IMG/VR virus record: IMGVR_UViG_2603880148_000004
Strand: one strand, 5' to 3'
Origin: a virus
Lineage: Duplodnaviria > Heunggongvirae > Uroviricota > Caudoviricetes
DNA: 37,740 nt
Positions 8,282 through 17,632 of the stretch are shown here, piece after piece. The stretch's first letter is position 1, and every line of letters starts with the position of its first letter. The notes below the pieces were generated by a model. It was given only the letters and a program-made list of their open reading frames with translations, did no database searches and was not told where the DNA came from. Made by a program: the position numbers and the translations under genes.

Positions 8282-9739
8282 ATGAATACATCTCATGTAA
8301 GAGTTGTTACTCATATGTGTGGGTTCCTGGTTTGGCTCTATAGTCTTTCAATGTTGCCACCAATGGTTGTAGCATTGTTTTATAAAGAAAAAAGCCTGTT
8401 CGTTTTCTTTATAACTTTCGTTATATTTTTTTGCATTGGTGGCGGAGCGTGGTATACAACTAAGAAATCTGGCATTCAATTACGTACCCGTGATGGGTTT
8501 ATTATAATTGTAATGTTTTGGATTTTGTTTTCTGTTATTAGTGCATTCCCTTTATGGATTGACTCAGAACTTAATTTAACGTTCATTGATGCTCTGTTTG
8601 AAGGGGTTTCTGGAATAACAACAACAGGAGCAACTGTAATTGATGATGTTAGTTCATTACCTCGGGCATATTTGTACTATCGGTCACAGTTAAATTTTAT
8701 AGGTGGTTTAGGAGTTATTGTTCTGGCGGTTGCTGTATTGCCATTATTGGGTATTGGTGGTGCAAAGCTTTATCAGTCAGAAATGCCGGGGCCATTTAAG
8801 GATGACAAACTCACTCCCCGCCTGGCCGATACGTCACGGACACTGTGGATAACTTATTCTTTATTAGGTATTGCTTGTATTGTCTGTTATAGACTTGCAG
8901 GAATGCCTTTGTTTGATGCTATTTGTCACGGGATTTCCACAGTTTCGCTTGGTGGTTTCTCAACTCATAGCGAGAGTATCGGATATTTTAATAACTATTT
9001 GGTTGAGCTGGTGGCTGGTTCTTTTTCCCTGCTATCGGCTTTCAACTTCACTCTTTGGTATATTGTTATTAGCAGGAAAACGATAAAACCTTTAATCAGA
9101 GATATTGAACTTCGTTTCTTTCTGTTAATAGCCTTAGGGGTGATCATTGTTACCTCTTTCCAGGTCTGGCATATAGGTATGTATGACTTGCATGGAAGTT
9201 TTATTCATTCGTTTTTTCTTGCCAGCTCCATGCTCACTGATAATGGTTTAGCTACGCAGGATTATGCAAGTTGGCCCACGCACACGATAGTGTTTTTGCT
9301 GTTGTCAAGTTTCTTTGGGGGATGTATAGGTTCAACTTGTGGTGGAATTAAGTCACTTCGATTTCTTATACTTTTCAAACAAAGCAAACACGAGATAAAT
9401 CAGCTTTCTCATCCCAGAGCGTTGTTGAGTGTAAATGTAGGAGGGAAGATAGTTACAGATCGTGTAATGAGGTCTGTATGGAGTTTCTTTTTTCTTTATA
9501 CTCTCTTCACGGTGTTTTTTATACTGGTGTTAAATGGTATGGGATATGATTTTCTTACATCATTTGCAACAGTGGCGGCATGTATTAATAATATGGGATT
9601 AGGTTTTGGGGCTACTGCATCGTCATTCGGAGTGCTTAATGACATTGCAAAATGTTTAATGTGCATAGCTATGATTCTTGGTCGCCTTGAAATTTATCCT
9701 GTTATTATATTGTTTTCAGGTTTTTTTTGGCGCTCCTAA
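8282..9739 (+). CDS. trkG: TrkG-type K+ uptake membrane protein (TrkH/TrkG family), 485 aa
   Basis: MNTSHVRVVTHMCGFLVWLYSL... multi-pass membrane protein matching Rac-prophage TrkG from memory; gene is AT-rich; alternative TTG start at 8264 with RBS aaggtgg. Confidence 0.88.
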   Translation: MNTSHVRVVTHMCGFLVWLYSLSMLPPMVVALFYKEKSLFVFFITFVIFFCIGGGAWYTTKKSGIQLRTRDGFIIIVMFWILFSVISAFPLWIDSELNLTFIDALFEGVSGITTTGATVIDDVSSLPRAYLYYRSQLNFIGGLGVIVLAVAVLPLLGIGGAKLYQSEMPGPFKDDKLTPRLADTSRTLWITYSLLGIACIVCYRLAGMPLFDAICHGISTVSLGGFSTHSESIGYFNNYLVELVAGSFSLLSAFNFTLWYIVISRKTIKPLIRDIELRFFLLIALGVIIVTSFQVWHIGMYDLHGSFIHSFFLASSMLTDNGLATQDYASWPTHTIVFLLLSSFFGGCIGSTCGGIKSLRFLILFKQSKHEINQLSHPRALLSVNVGGKIVTDRVMRSVWSFFFLYTLFTVFFILVLNGMGYDFLTSFATVAACINNMGLGFGATASSFGVLNDIAKCLMCIAMILGRLEIYPVIILFSGFFWRS

Positions 9740-9876
9740 TATATGGCTGATTTATAATTGTGAGTTTAATATTATGTTGACTCACTCATTGATCCAATAC
9801 CTAACTTTACCAGCAACACCTCCGTCCCCAGTAGCACTGGCTGCTGGGGTGCGTTTTATTCATAAAGCAAGGCTGT

Positions 9877-10668
9877 ATGAGCGAGAAATTAAAGATAGTC
9901 TATCGCCCATTACAAGAATTGTCACCGTATGCGCACAACGCCAGGACGCACAGTACTGAGCAGGTGGCACAACTGGTAGAAAGTATTAAGCAATTCGGCT
10001 GGACTAATCCGGTGCTGATTGACGAAAAGGGCGAAATTATTGCGGGTCACGGTCGTGTTATGGCGGCTGAAATGCTCAAAATGGATTCTGTTCCGGTCAT
10101 TGTTCTGTCTGGCCTGACGGATGAGCAGAAAAAGGCGTACCGCCTGGCAGATAATCGCCTGCCGATGAATGCTGGCTGGGATGAAGATCTGTTGCGGATG
10201 GAGCTGTCGGACCTAATCAATGCTGATTTTGATGTCTCCCTGACAGGCTTCATCCCGACAGAAATTGATGAACTGTTGACGGATGTTTTGCCCGGTACAG
10301 GAAATGAGGAGGAGCCGTATACGACGAAAATTGATACGCCTGTTTATGAGCCGTCGGGCGGTAAACCGGATATCAGTGAACTGTACGACGATACGAAAAC
10401 TCAGGAGCTGATCAGCCGGATACGTTCGGCGTCCCTTGAGCCTGATATTGAGAAATTCCTCCTGTGTGCGGCAGAACGTCACACGGTGTTTAATTTCAGC
10501 AGAATTGCGGACTATTACGCTCACGCCCCCTCTGAAATTCAGTGTTTTTTCGAGGAGTCGGCGCTGGTGATCATTGATTATCAGCAGGCTATTGAAAATG
10601 GATTTGTCCGGATGACGCAGCGCATGGTGGAGATCATGCATGGTGGTGAGGAGGAGGAATATGCATGA
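9877..10668 (+). CDS. ParB-like nuclease domain protein (ParB/sulfiredoxin fold), 263 aa
   Basis: N-terminal motif LIDEKGEIIAGHGRVMAAEML resembles the ParB N-domain core; acidic C-terminal tail; K-12 Rac ynaK is a short relative at the same position. Confidence 0.7.
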   Translation: MSEKLKIVYRPLQELSPYAHNARTHSTEQVAQLVESIKQFGWTNPVLIDEKGEIIAGHGRVMAAEMLKMDSVPVIVLSGLTDEQKKAYRLADNRLPMNAGWDEDLLRMELSDLINADFDVSLTGFIPTEIDELLTDVLPGTGNEEEPYTTKIDTPVYEPSGGKPDISELYDDTKTQELISRIRSASLEPDIEKFLLCAAERHTVFNFSRIADYYAHAPSEIQCFFEESALVIIDYQQAIENGFVRMTQRMVEIMHGGEEEEYA

Positions 10669-11593
10669 TGATTTTTGCGCCTTTATTCTGACTCACGGGC
10701 GACCGGACAAAGTTCTGACTTACCGGACGTTGCGTCGTGCTGGCTATACCGGGAAAATTTTTATCGTTGTTGATGATGAAGATAAGACACGGCATCAGTA
10801 CATGGCTGAATTTGGTGAACAGGTGCTGGTGTTTTCCAAAGCCGATATCGCCAGTCGTTTTGACGAAGCCGATAATTTCTGTGACCGCCGCTCAATTTTT
10901 TACGCCCGTAATGCCTGTTTCGACCTGGCAAAACTGGTCGGGTGTAAATACTTCATTCAGCTCGATGATGATTATCACGAGTTCCAGTTTCGGGTGGATC
11001 GCAACTATGACCAGGCCTATTTTCCGATAAGGAAACTGGATGCGATCCTTTCTGAAATGCTGGCGTACTACGAATCAATACCTGCTCTTTCCATCGCTAT
11101 GTCGCAGGGCGGGGATTTTCTTGGTGACAATGGCGGCCATGCTTCGTGGGTGAAACGCAAGGCAATGAACAGCTTTATCTGTTCGGTTGATCGACCGTTC
11201 TCATTCATGGGGCGCATTAACGAGGATGTGAATACGTACACGAATCTCGGTCGCTGTGGTGAATTGTTTATGACGATCGGTGCTGTCCAGTTAGGGCAGA
11301 AACAGACGCAGAAAAACAGCGGCGGAATGACCGAGCTGTATCTGGATTCCGGAACCTACGTTAAAAGTTTTTACTCCGTCATGTATGCGCCGTCGTGCGT
11401 AAAAATCTCACTGATGGGTGCCAGCCATAAACGCATTCACCATCAGGTCACCTGGAACAACGCTGCAGTAAAAATCCTTCACGAAAAATACAGGAAGAAG
11501 ACACCCTGCATATCAATGGGGGTGACAAATGATTCCGTATTCGAAAGTCGAGTCTCTGGCAGCGTGCCGGATGACTGCACAACAAATCGCTGA
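10661..11593 (+). CDS. Uncharacterised protein with GT-A-like glycosyltransferase features, 310 aa
   Basis: Strong RBS gaggaggagg; 8-nt overlap with the ParB-like gene; motifs ILTHGRP, IFIVVDDEDKT and IQLDDDY resemble GT-A fold DxD signatures; fold assignment is inference only. Confidence 0.6.
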   Translation: MHDDFCAFILTHGRPDKVLTYRTLRRAGYTGKIFIVVDDEDKTRHQYMAEFGEQVLVFSKADIASRFDEADNFCDRRSIFYARNACFDLAKLVGCKYFIQLDDDYHEFQFRVDRNYDQAYFPIRKLDAILSEMLAYYESIPALSIAMSQGGDFLGDNGGHASWVKRKAMNSFICSVDRPFSFMGRINEDVNTYTNLGRCGELFMTIGAVQLGQKQTQKNSGGMTELYLDSGTYVKSFYSVMYAPSCVKISLMGASHKRIHHQVTWNNAAVKILHEKYRKKTPCISMGVTNDSVFESRVSGSVPDDCTTNR

Positions 11594-11780
11594 CGTTCTG
11601 GATGTTGATCTGAACCGACTGAAAGAAAATCGGGAAGCAATGACAGATTTTTATGCGGCCATCCGTAAGGGCAGAGCGAAAGGTGAAGCCGAGTTACGAG
11701 CGGCATTGTTTAAGCTTGCCAGAAAAGGGGATGCCTTTGCTCTGCGCGAACTACTCAGGGTGGATAAAAATCAGGACTAA
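11529..11780 (+). CDS. Hypothetical protein, 83 aa, possible small DNA-binding protein upstream of the terminase
   Basis: ORF with RBS gggggtga; overlaps the 3' end of the GT-A-like gene; start ambiguous (ATG 11529 or 11571). Confidence 0.4.
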   Translation: MIPYSKVESLAACRMTAQQIADVLDVDLNRLKENREAMTDFYAAIRKGRAKGEAELRAALFKLARKGDAFALRELLRVDKNQD

Positions 11781-11783
11781 CTG

Positions 11784-12878
11784 ATGAGCAGACCGGACTG
11801 GGGGGCGTTGCAGCAGGAGTATATTGCTGAATACACCCGCTCCGGTATATCTCCGGTGGCATGGTGTGAAGCAAGGGGACTGAATTACGCAACAGCCCGT
11901 CGTTACATCAAAAAAACTCCGAAAAATGCGCAGACAGAAATGTGCAAAACTGCGCAAAAAAGTGCGCAGAAAAAATCTGCGCAGACTGCACAAAAGCGGA
12001 ACGAAAAATCTCAGGAAAAAAAGCCAGTATTCGATGCGGGCCTGAATGAGGGCGACGCGGAGGAATTTTCGTTCTGTCCCGATGAATTCGGCATTTCTGA
12101 CCAGCAGGCTAAGTTTGCGATGCTTGTTGCTCAGGGTAAAAAGCCGACAGAGGCGTACCGACTAGCCGGTTATGAGGGGCAAGGTGCGACAGCTAACAGC
12201 AACGCCAGTCGTATGCTTAGAAATGCCAGGGTTTTTCGCGCTATCAGCTACTTCCGCAATCAGTACCAGAAACGCTATACCGCAGACCTGGATTTACTAG
12301 TGAGTCAGTTGATGGCTATTGTCCTGGCCGACCCCAATCAGCTTGCACAATTTCGCCGTGTTAACTGCCGTTATTGCTGGGGCGAGAATCATCTCTACCA
12401 GTGGCGCGATATAGCAGAATTCGACAAGGCAGCGGCGCAGGCTTCCAGAGATGGCAAACCCGAACCGGAATATGGAGGCCTCGGCTTTGTTGATAACGCC
12501 ATACCCAATCCGGACTGCCCGAAGTGCTGCGGTGAGGGAACGGGACAGCTTTATATGGCTGATACCACTCTGCTTGATGGGGATGCGCGGCAATTATATG
12601 CAGGGGCAAAATTCGGAAAATTCGGCGTTGAGATCCTGCTGGAGGATAAGGCTGCCGCCCGGCGTGAATTGTTGCGTTTGTTTTCTGCTGGCGGGGCTTT
12701 ATGTGCAGATAAACGGCTACAGGAACTGGAAATTGAACGGCGCAGAATGGAAAACCAGAAGCTGCGCAAAGAGATCGAAACGGTGGAAGATAATGAACAT
12801 CCCCAGCCTGTGGCGATCAATATTAATGTGGTTGATGCCAGAGTAAGGAGTGATGAAGATGATCTCTCCGACGCTTAA
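11784..12878 (+). CDS. Terminase small subunit (N-terminal HTH, C-terminal Cys-rich region), 364 aa
   Basis: Immediately upstream of the large terminase; N-terminal HTH-like segment; central segment AKFAMLVAQGKKPTEAYRLAGYEG typical of small terminase subunits; Cys motifs CRYCW / CPKCCGEG. Confidence 0.65.
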   Translation: MSRPDWGALQQEYIAEYTRSGISPVAWCEARGLNYATARRYIKKTPKNAQTEMCKTAQKSAQKKSAQTAQKRNEKSQEKKPVFDAGLNEGDAEEFSFCPDEFGISDQQAKFAMLVAQGKKPTEAYRLAGYEGQGATANSNASRMLRNARVFRAISYFRNQYQKRYTADLDLLVSQLMAIVLADPNQLAQFRRVNCRYCWGENHLYQWRDIAEFDKAAAQASRDGKPEPEYGGLGFVDNAIPNPDCPKCCGEGTGQLYMADTTLLDGDARQLYAGAKFGKFGVEILLEDKAAARRELLRLFSAGGALCADKRLQELEIERRRMENQKLRKEIETVEDNEHPQPVAININVVDARVRSDEDDLSDA

Positions 12879-14160
12879 TGTGCCTCAGGCGCGATTTCTT
12901 TCAATGCCCCATAAATTTAAAGCCTATATTGCTGGTTTTGGCTCGGGCAAAACATGGGTTGGGTGTGGCGGCATATGCAAGGGGATTTGGGAGCATCCAG
13001 GTATAAATCAGGGATATTTTGCGCCAACGTATCCCCAAATTCGCGATATTTTTTACCCTACAGTGGAAGAAGTTGCTGCTGACTGGGGATTGAACGTAAA
13101 AATTAATGAGGGAAATAAAGAGGTTCACTTTTATTACGGACGCCAGTATCGGGGAACCACTATCTGCAGATCGATGGAGAAGCCACAAACGATCGTCGGT
13201 TTCAAAATTGGTAATGCGTTGGTGGATGAACTGGACATTTTGCCGAAGGAAAAAGCCAGAACGGCGTGGCGCAAGATAATTGCACGTATGCGTTATAAGA
13301 TTGATGGACTTCGCAACGGTATTGACGTTACAACCACGCCGGAAGGATTCAAATTTGTCTACGAGCAGTTTGTTAAAGCCGTGCGTGAAAAAACAGAGCT
13401 GGCCTCACTGTATGGTCTGGTGCAGGCATCTACTTTCGATAATGAAAAGAACCTGCCAGCAGATTACATTCCTTCGCTTCTTGAATCATACCCTCCAGAG
13501 CTGATTAAAGCCTATCTTCGAGGACAGTTTACTAACCTGACAAGTGGTACTGTTTACCATCAGTTTGACCGGAAACTGAATAATTGCGAAGAAGTGGAGC
13601 AGCCAGGGGAGCCGATTTATATTGGGATGGATTTTAACGTTGGAAAGATGGCGGGAATCGTCCATGTGCTGCGTTTGGGGCTTCCATGTGCGGTAACTGA
13701 AATCATCAATGCCTACGATACGCCGGATATGATCCGCATCATTAAAGAACGCTTCTGGCTGTATGATGGGAATGATTACCGGAAAGTGAGGGAAATTTAT
13801 ATTTATCCAGATGCTTCCGGGGATTCCAGAAAATCAAGTAACGCAAGTACGACGGATATAGCCCAGCTTAAGCAGGCTGGTTTTAACGTTGTGGTGAACA
13901 GCTCGAACCCGCCAGTAAAAGATCGCGTTAACTCAATGAATGCAATGTTCTGCAATGCCAATGGTGAGCGTCGCTATAAAGTTAATGTGAAGCGTTGCCC
14001 GTTATATGCCGAATCTCTGGAGCAACAGGTCTGGGATGAGAAGGGGGAGCCTGATAAAAAATCTGGCAATGATCACCCGAATGATGCCGGAGGTTATTTC
14101 ATCGTTAAGCAATTCCCTATTGTCAAACCGACCGGAAGAGTCACATCACTTCGGATTTAA
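12859..14160 (+). CDS. Terminase large subunit, 433 aa
   Basis: Walker A AGFGSGKTW near the N-terminus; acidic nuclease-like motifs in the C-terminal half; start at ATG 12859 with RBS aaggag. Confidence 0.85.
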   Translation: MISPTLNVPQARFLSMPHKFKAYIAGFGSGKTWVGCGGICKGIWEHPGINQGYFAPTYPQIRDIFYPTVEEVAADWGLNVKINEGNKEVHFYYGRQYRGTTICRSMEKPQTIVGFKIGNALVDELDILPKEKARTAWRKIIARMRYKIDGLRNGIDVTTTPEGFKFVYEQFVKAVREKTELASLYGLVQASTFDNEKNLPADYIPSLLESYPPELIKAYLRGQFTNLTSGTVYHQFDRKLNNCEEVEQPGEPIYIGMDFNVGKMAGIVHVLRLGLPCAVTEIINAYDTPDMIRIIKERFWLYDGNDYRKVREIYIYPDASGDSRKSSNASTTDIAQLKQAGFNVVVNSSNPPVKDRVNSMNAMFCNANGERRYKVNVKRCPLYAESLEQQVWDEKGEPDKKSGNDHPNDAGGYFIVKQFPIVKPTGRVTSLRI

Positions 14161-14162
14161 TT

Positions 14163-15569
14163 ATGGCTGATATATCAACACCCAACCTCGACTATAACGA
14201 TATGCTGGAGGCGTGGGATATTAACGACGCACTGATGGGCGGTACGCTTGAAATGCGCAGGCAGGGGGAAAATTATCTCCCAAAATGGCCTAACGAAGAT
14301 GAAGACGCTTATAAAAAACGCCTGTCTGTGGCTACGCTACTTCCTGTGTATGAAGAAAGCATCAAGCAAAATATTGGGCGCATATTTGCAGAGCCGACAG
14401 TATTGAGTGAGGAAACGCCGGCAAAAATCAGGGAATATGCAGAAAATATCGACATGGAGGGGAGCCGACTGGATGTGTGGGCGCAGCAATTTTTCAGCCT
14501 CGCATTTCAGTATGGTGTGGCACATGCGCTGGTGGACTATCCACGAACGGATATGAAAGAGATTCGGACAAAAGCCGATGAAAACGCGACCGGTGGTCGT
14601 CCGTACGTTACGATGCTGAATCCACGCCAGGTTATTGGATGGAAATCGAAAGTTGAAAAAGGGAAAGTTGTTCTCACTGATTTGCGTATAAAAGAGGTCA
14701 TCATTATTGATGGTGATGATTTCGGGCAGAAGAAGGTGGAGCAGATCCGCCATATTATGCCCCGTCGAGTTGAAATTTATCGACGTAGCGAAGGCACTAA
14801 TGGCGAATCTGTCTGGACGCTTCATGAGTCATGGAATACCAGCCGTGATGATATTCCTCTGGTAACACTGTACACGAAGAAAACAGGATTTATGCGTGGT
14901 ACACCGCCATTGCTTAATCTTGGCTTGCTGAATATCAAGCACTGGCAAAGCCAGAGCGAGCAGGACAATATTCTTCATGTTGCCCGCGTTCCATTGCTGG
15001 TGGCCTACGGGCTGGACAGGAATGAAGAACTGACGGTTGGTGCATCCACCGCTACGATTTTTGAGGACAGAACAAAAAATGGCCTCGAATATGTTGAACA
15101 TAGTGGCGCAGCGATAGAATCTGGCGAAACATCACTTGAGAAGCTGGAAAATCAGATGCGTCATGCCGGCGCTAAACTTCTGCGTGCTGAAAATACATCC
15201 ACCAAATCTGTTGATCAGACTAATGAAGAGCGAATGCAGGAAAACTCGCCGCTTTATACAATGGCGAACTCCCTCGAAGATGCCCTCGATAATATTCTCC
15301 AGATAATGGCGGAATGGATCGGAGAGAGTTGCGGTGGCAATGTGGATGTGCGCACTGAACTGGATGTATCTGCCCAGGTGTTTGACTCATCCTCCGCGCT
15401 GGCTGTTCAGTCATTGCGTCAGGGCGGTGATATACGTCAGATTGATGCGGTTCGGGTGTTGCAGGCGTTGAAATTTATCGATCAGGATTCCCGTCCAGAG
15501 GAAGTGATCGATGAATTAAAAAATCAGAGTGTAATGCTGATGGAAATCAATGATGCAAACCGTGAATGA
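14163..15569 (+). CDS. Portal protein, 468 aa
   Basis: Position directly after the large terminase; size; acidic composition typical of portal proteins. Confidence 0.7.
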   Translation: MADISTPNLDYNDMLEAWDINDALMGGTLEMRRQGENYLPKWPNEDEDAYKKRLSVATLLPVYEESIKQNIGRIFAEPTVLSEETPAKIREYAENIDMEGSRLDVWAQQFFSLAFQYGVAHALVDYPRTDMKEIRTKADENATGGRPYVTMLNPRQVIGWKSKVEKGKVVLTDLRIKEVIIIDGDDFGQKKVEQIRHIMPRRVEIYRRSEGTNGESVWTLHESWNTSRDDIPLVTLYTKKTGFMRGTPPLLNLGLLNIKHWQSQSEQDNILHVARVPLLVAYGLDRNEELTVGASTATIFEDRTKNGLEYVEHSGAAIESGETSLEKLENQMRHAGAKLLRAENTSTKSVDQTNEERMQENSPLYTMANSLEDALDNILQIMAEWIGESCGGNVDVRTELDVSAQVFDSSSALAVQSLRQGGDIRQIDAVRVLQALKFIDQDSRPEEVIDELKNQSVMLMEINDANRE

Positions 15570-16665
15570 ACGGCTGCGTGATGAATCAATTGCTCATGCA
15601 GTCTGGATATCCCGCTATAGCACTGGCGTGGCTGCCAGAATGGTGAAAATACTGAATGACAGCGATGCGGAACTTACTGCTCGCCTGCTGATAGCACTGG
15701 ACAGCCTCGATCCAGGTAATTTTACCGTTAAGCGCCTGGAGTCACTTCTGGCGAGCGTTAGAGAGGTTAACCGCACTGCTATTAACAGCATGTTTACCAG
15801 TCTCTCCGGAGAGCTGAACGAGCTGGCAATTTATGAGGCTGGTTATCAGTTAAGTCTGTTTGATTCTATGCTACCTGATTTTGTTGCTGATGTTCACCCT
15901 CTGGTTGGTATCTCTCCTGATGCACTTTATGCCGCTGCAATGGCGCGACCATTCCAGGGACGACTGCTTAGTGAGTGGGCCTCAGATCTTGAGGCGGATC
16001 GGCTCAGACGCATAACAAATACAGTGCGTCAGGGTTTTTTGCTGGGGGATACCAATGAGCAGATCGCAAGAAAAATTCGGGGACATGTCAGTAAGGGATT
16101 TCAGGATGGTGCATTGCAGATGAGCCGGGCTAATGCGGCCAGCATTGCAAAAACAGCGGTTGGACATCTTGCTGCTACTGCCCGTGAGAGTTTTGCCAGC
16201 GCGAATAATGATTTGATTAAGGGTAAGCAATGGTTATCAACGCTTGATAATCGTACTACGCCACAATGTCGAATCAGGGATCGCCTCAAATATACGCTGA
16301 ATAATAAACCTGTAGGTCACAGCGTGCCTTATTTGCAGGGGCCGGGAAAAATTCATTTCTGCTGCCGCTCAACGGAAACGTTCATTCTGAAATCAGCGAA
16401 GGAACTGGGTATTGATGTTCGCGATATTTCCCCGGCTGAGCGGGCCAGCATGGATGGCGTGGTGGCCGGAGATACAACCTACAGGGAATGGTTTTTGCGT
16501 CAGCCTTACACCAGACAAAAACAGATTGTGGGGGAAACCCGAGCAAAGCTGATTCGGGATGGTGGTATGTCGCCAGATGAATTTTACACCGATAAAGGCG
16601 AATGGCTGACGCTGAAGCAGCTCCGTGAGCGTGATGCACAGGTATTCAGAAAAGCAGGGATTTAA
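15550..16665 (+). CDS. Head morphogenesis protein (SPP1 gp7 / Mu F-like minor head protein), 371 aa
   Basis: Position after portal; size and composition; overlaps the portal 3' end. Confidence 0.65.
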   Translation: MMQTVNERLRDESIAHAVWISRYSTGVAARMVKILNDSDAELTARLLIALDSLDPGNFTVKRLESLLASVREVNRTAINSMFTSLSGELNELAIYEAGYQLSLFDSMLPDFVADVHPLVGISPDALYAAAMARPFQGRLLSEWASDLEADRLRRITNTVRQGFLLGDTNEQIARKIRGHVSKGFQDGALQMSRANAASIAKTAVGHLAATARESFASANNDLIKGKQWLSTLDNRTTPQCRIRDRLKYTLNNKPVGHSVPYLQGPGKIHFCCRSTETFILKSAKELGIDVRDISPAERASMDGVVAGDTTYREWFLRQPYTRQKQIVGETRAKLIRDGGMSPDEFYTDKGEWLTLKQLRERDAQVFRKAGI

Positions 16666-16685
16666 ATAAATCATTTATTACAACA

Positions 16686-16712
16686 GGCTACCTTCGGGTG
16701 GCCTTTTTTATT
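16686..16712 (+). terminator. Putative intrinsic terminator after the head-morphogenesis gene
   Basis: Hairpin ggctacc-ttcg-ggtggcc (one G-U pair) followed by ttttttatt. Confidence 0.4.
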
Positions 16713-16769
16713 GCTGCGATCCGGATGGTGAGCAGCGTAACTGTCGGAAGACTTAAACCAGGTACTAAT

Positions 16770-17534
16770 ATGAAACTGAAAACGGTCGAGATTAACGGAA
16801 AACAATACGCAGAAATTGATACTGCTGGCCTGCCAGTTTATGTGCACGACGATGGTAAAGAAATTGGCTTCGATGCACCGCTGGCGACAAAAAAAATTAC
16901 AGAGCTTAATGGCGAGGCAAAAAATCATCGCCTGGCTAAAGAAGCTGCAGAGGAAAAACTGGCTAAGTTTGCCGCTATCGAAGACCCGAAGAAGGCGATC
17001 GAGGCACTGGAAATGCTGTCAAAAATCGACCAGAAAAAGCTGCTCGATGCGGGACAGGTTGACCAGGTTAAGGCAGAAATTACGAAAAATTTTCAACAGC
17101 AATTAGATGAAGAAAAGCAACGCTCTCAGATGCTGGAGAAGCAGCTTTACGATTCTATGATTGGCGGTAGTTTTGCGGGTTCAAAATATATTGCCGATAA
17201 AATTGCGATCCCGGCAGATTTATTACAAGCCCGCTTCGGGCAGGCATTCAAAGTGGAAGAAGGGAGGATCGTTGCTTATGACGCTTCCGGCAACAAAATT
17301 TATTCCCGCGCGAAGCCTGGCGAACTGGCGCAGTTTGATGAGGCGCTGGAGTTCCTTGTCGAAAATTACCCTCAGAAAGACTACATCCTGAAAGCCAGTG
17401 GCAACAATGGCGGCGGCTCCCGTCCGACACAGCATGATATTGGTCAGAAAACGATGAAACGCTCTGCTTTTGATGCACTGGATGTTGCAGGTAAGCAAAA
17501 CGCATTGAAAGACGGTATCACAATCGTTGATTAA
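16770..17534 (+). CDS. Capsid scaffolding protein, 254 aa
   Basis: Directly upstream of the major capsid gene; coiled-coil-rich, charged sequence; start placed at ATG 16770 because the longer ORF would span the upstream terminator. Confidence 0.6.
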   Translation: MKLKTVEINGKQYAEIDTAGLPVYVHDDGKEIGFDAPLATKKITELNGEAKNHRLAKEAAEEKLAKFAAIEDPKKAIEALEMLSKIDQKKLLDAGQVDQVKAEITKNFQQQLDEEKQRSQMLEKQLYDSMIGGSFAGSKYIADKIAIPADLLQARFGQAFKVEEGRIVAYDASGNKIYSRAKPGELAQFDEALEFLVENYPQKDYILKASGNNGGGSRPTQHDIGQKTMKRSAFDALDVAGKQNALKDGITIVD

Positions 17535-17632
17535 CACATTTGTCAGCTTCCGGATGGGAGCTGGTGTCAGGGCTGGATAGCTCATTACTCCATCTATTCA
17601 CAATTACGCAAATTTTTAAGGAATATTTAATT

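Noticed and set aside
16698-17632. Long N-terminal extensions of the scaffold (from 16698) and capsid (from 17540) ORFs given in the ORF track
   Set aside because: The scaffold extension would span a terminator-like hairpin and both extensions lack an RBS; internal ATGs at 16770 and 17633 have better context
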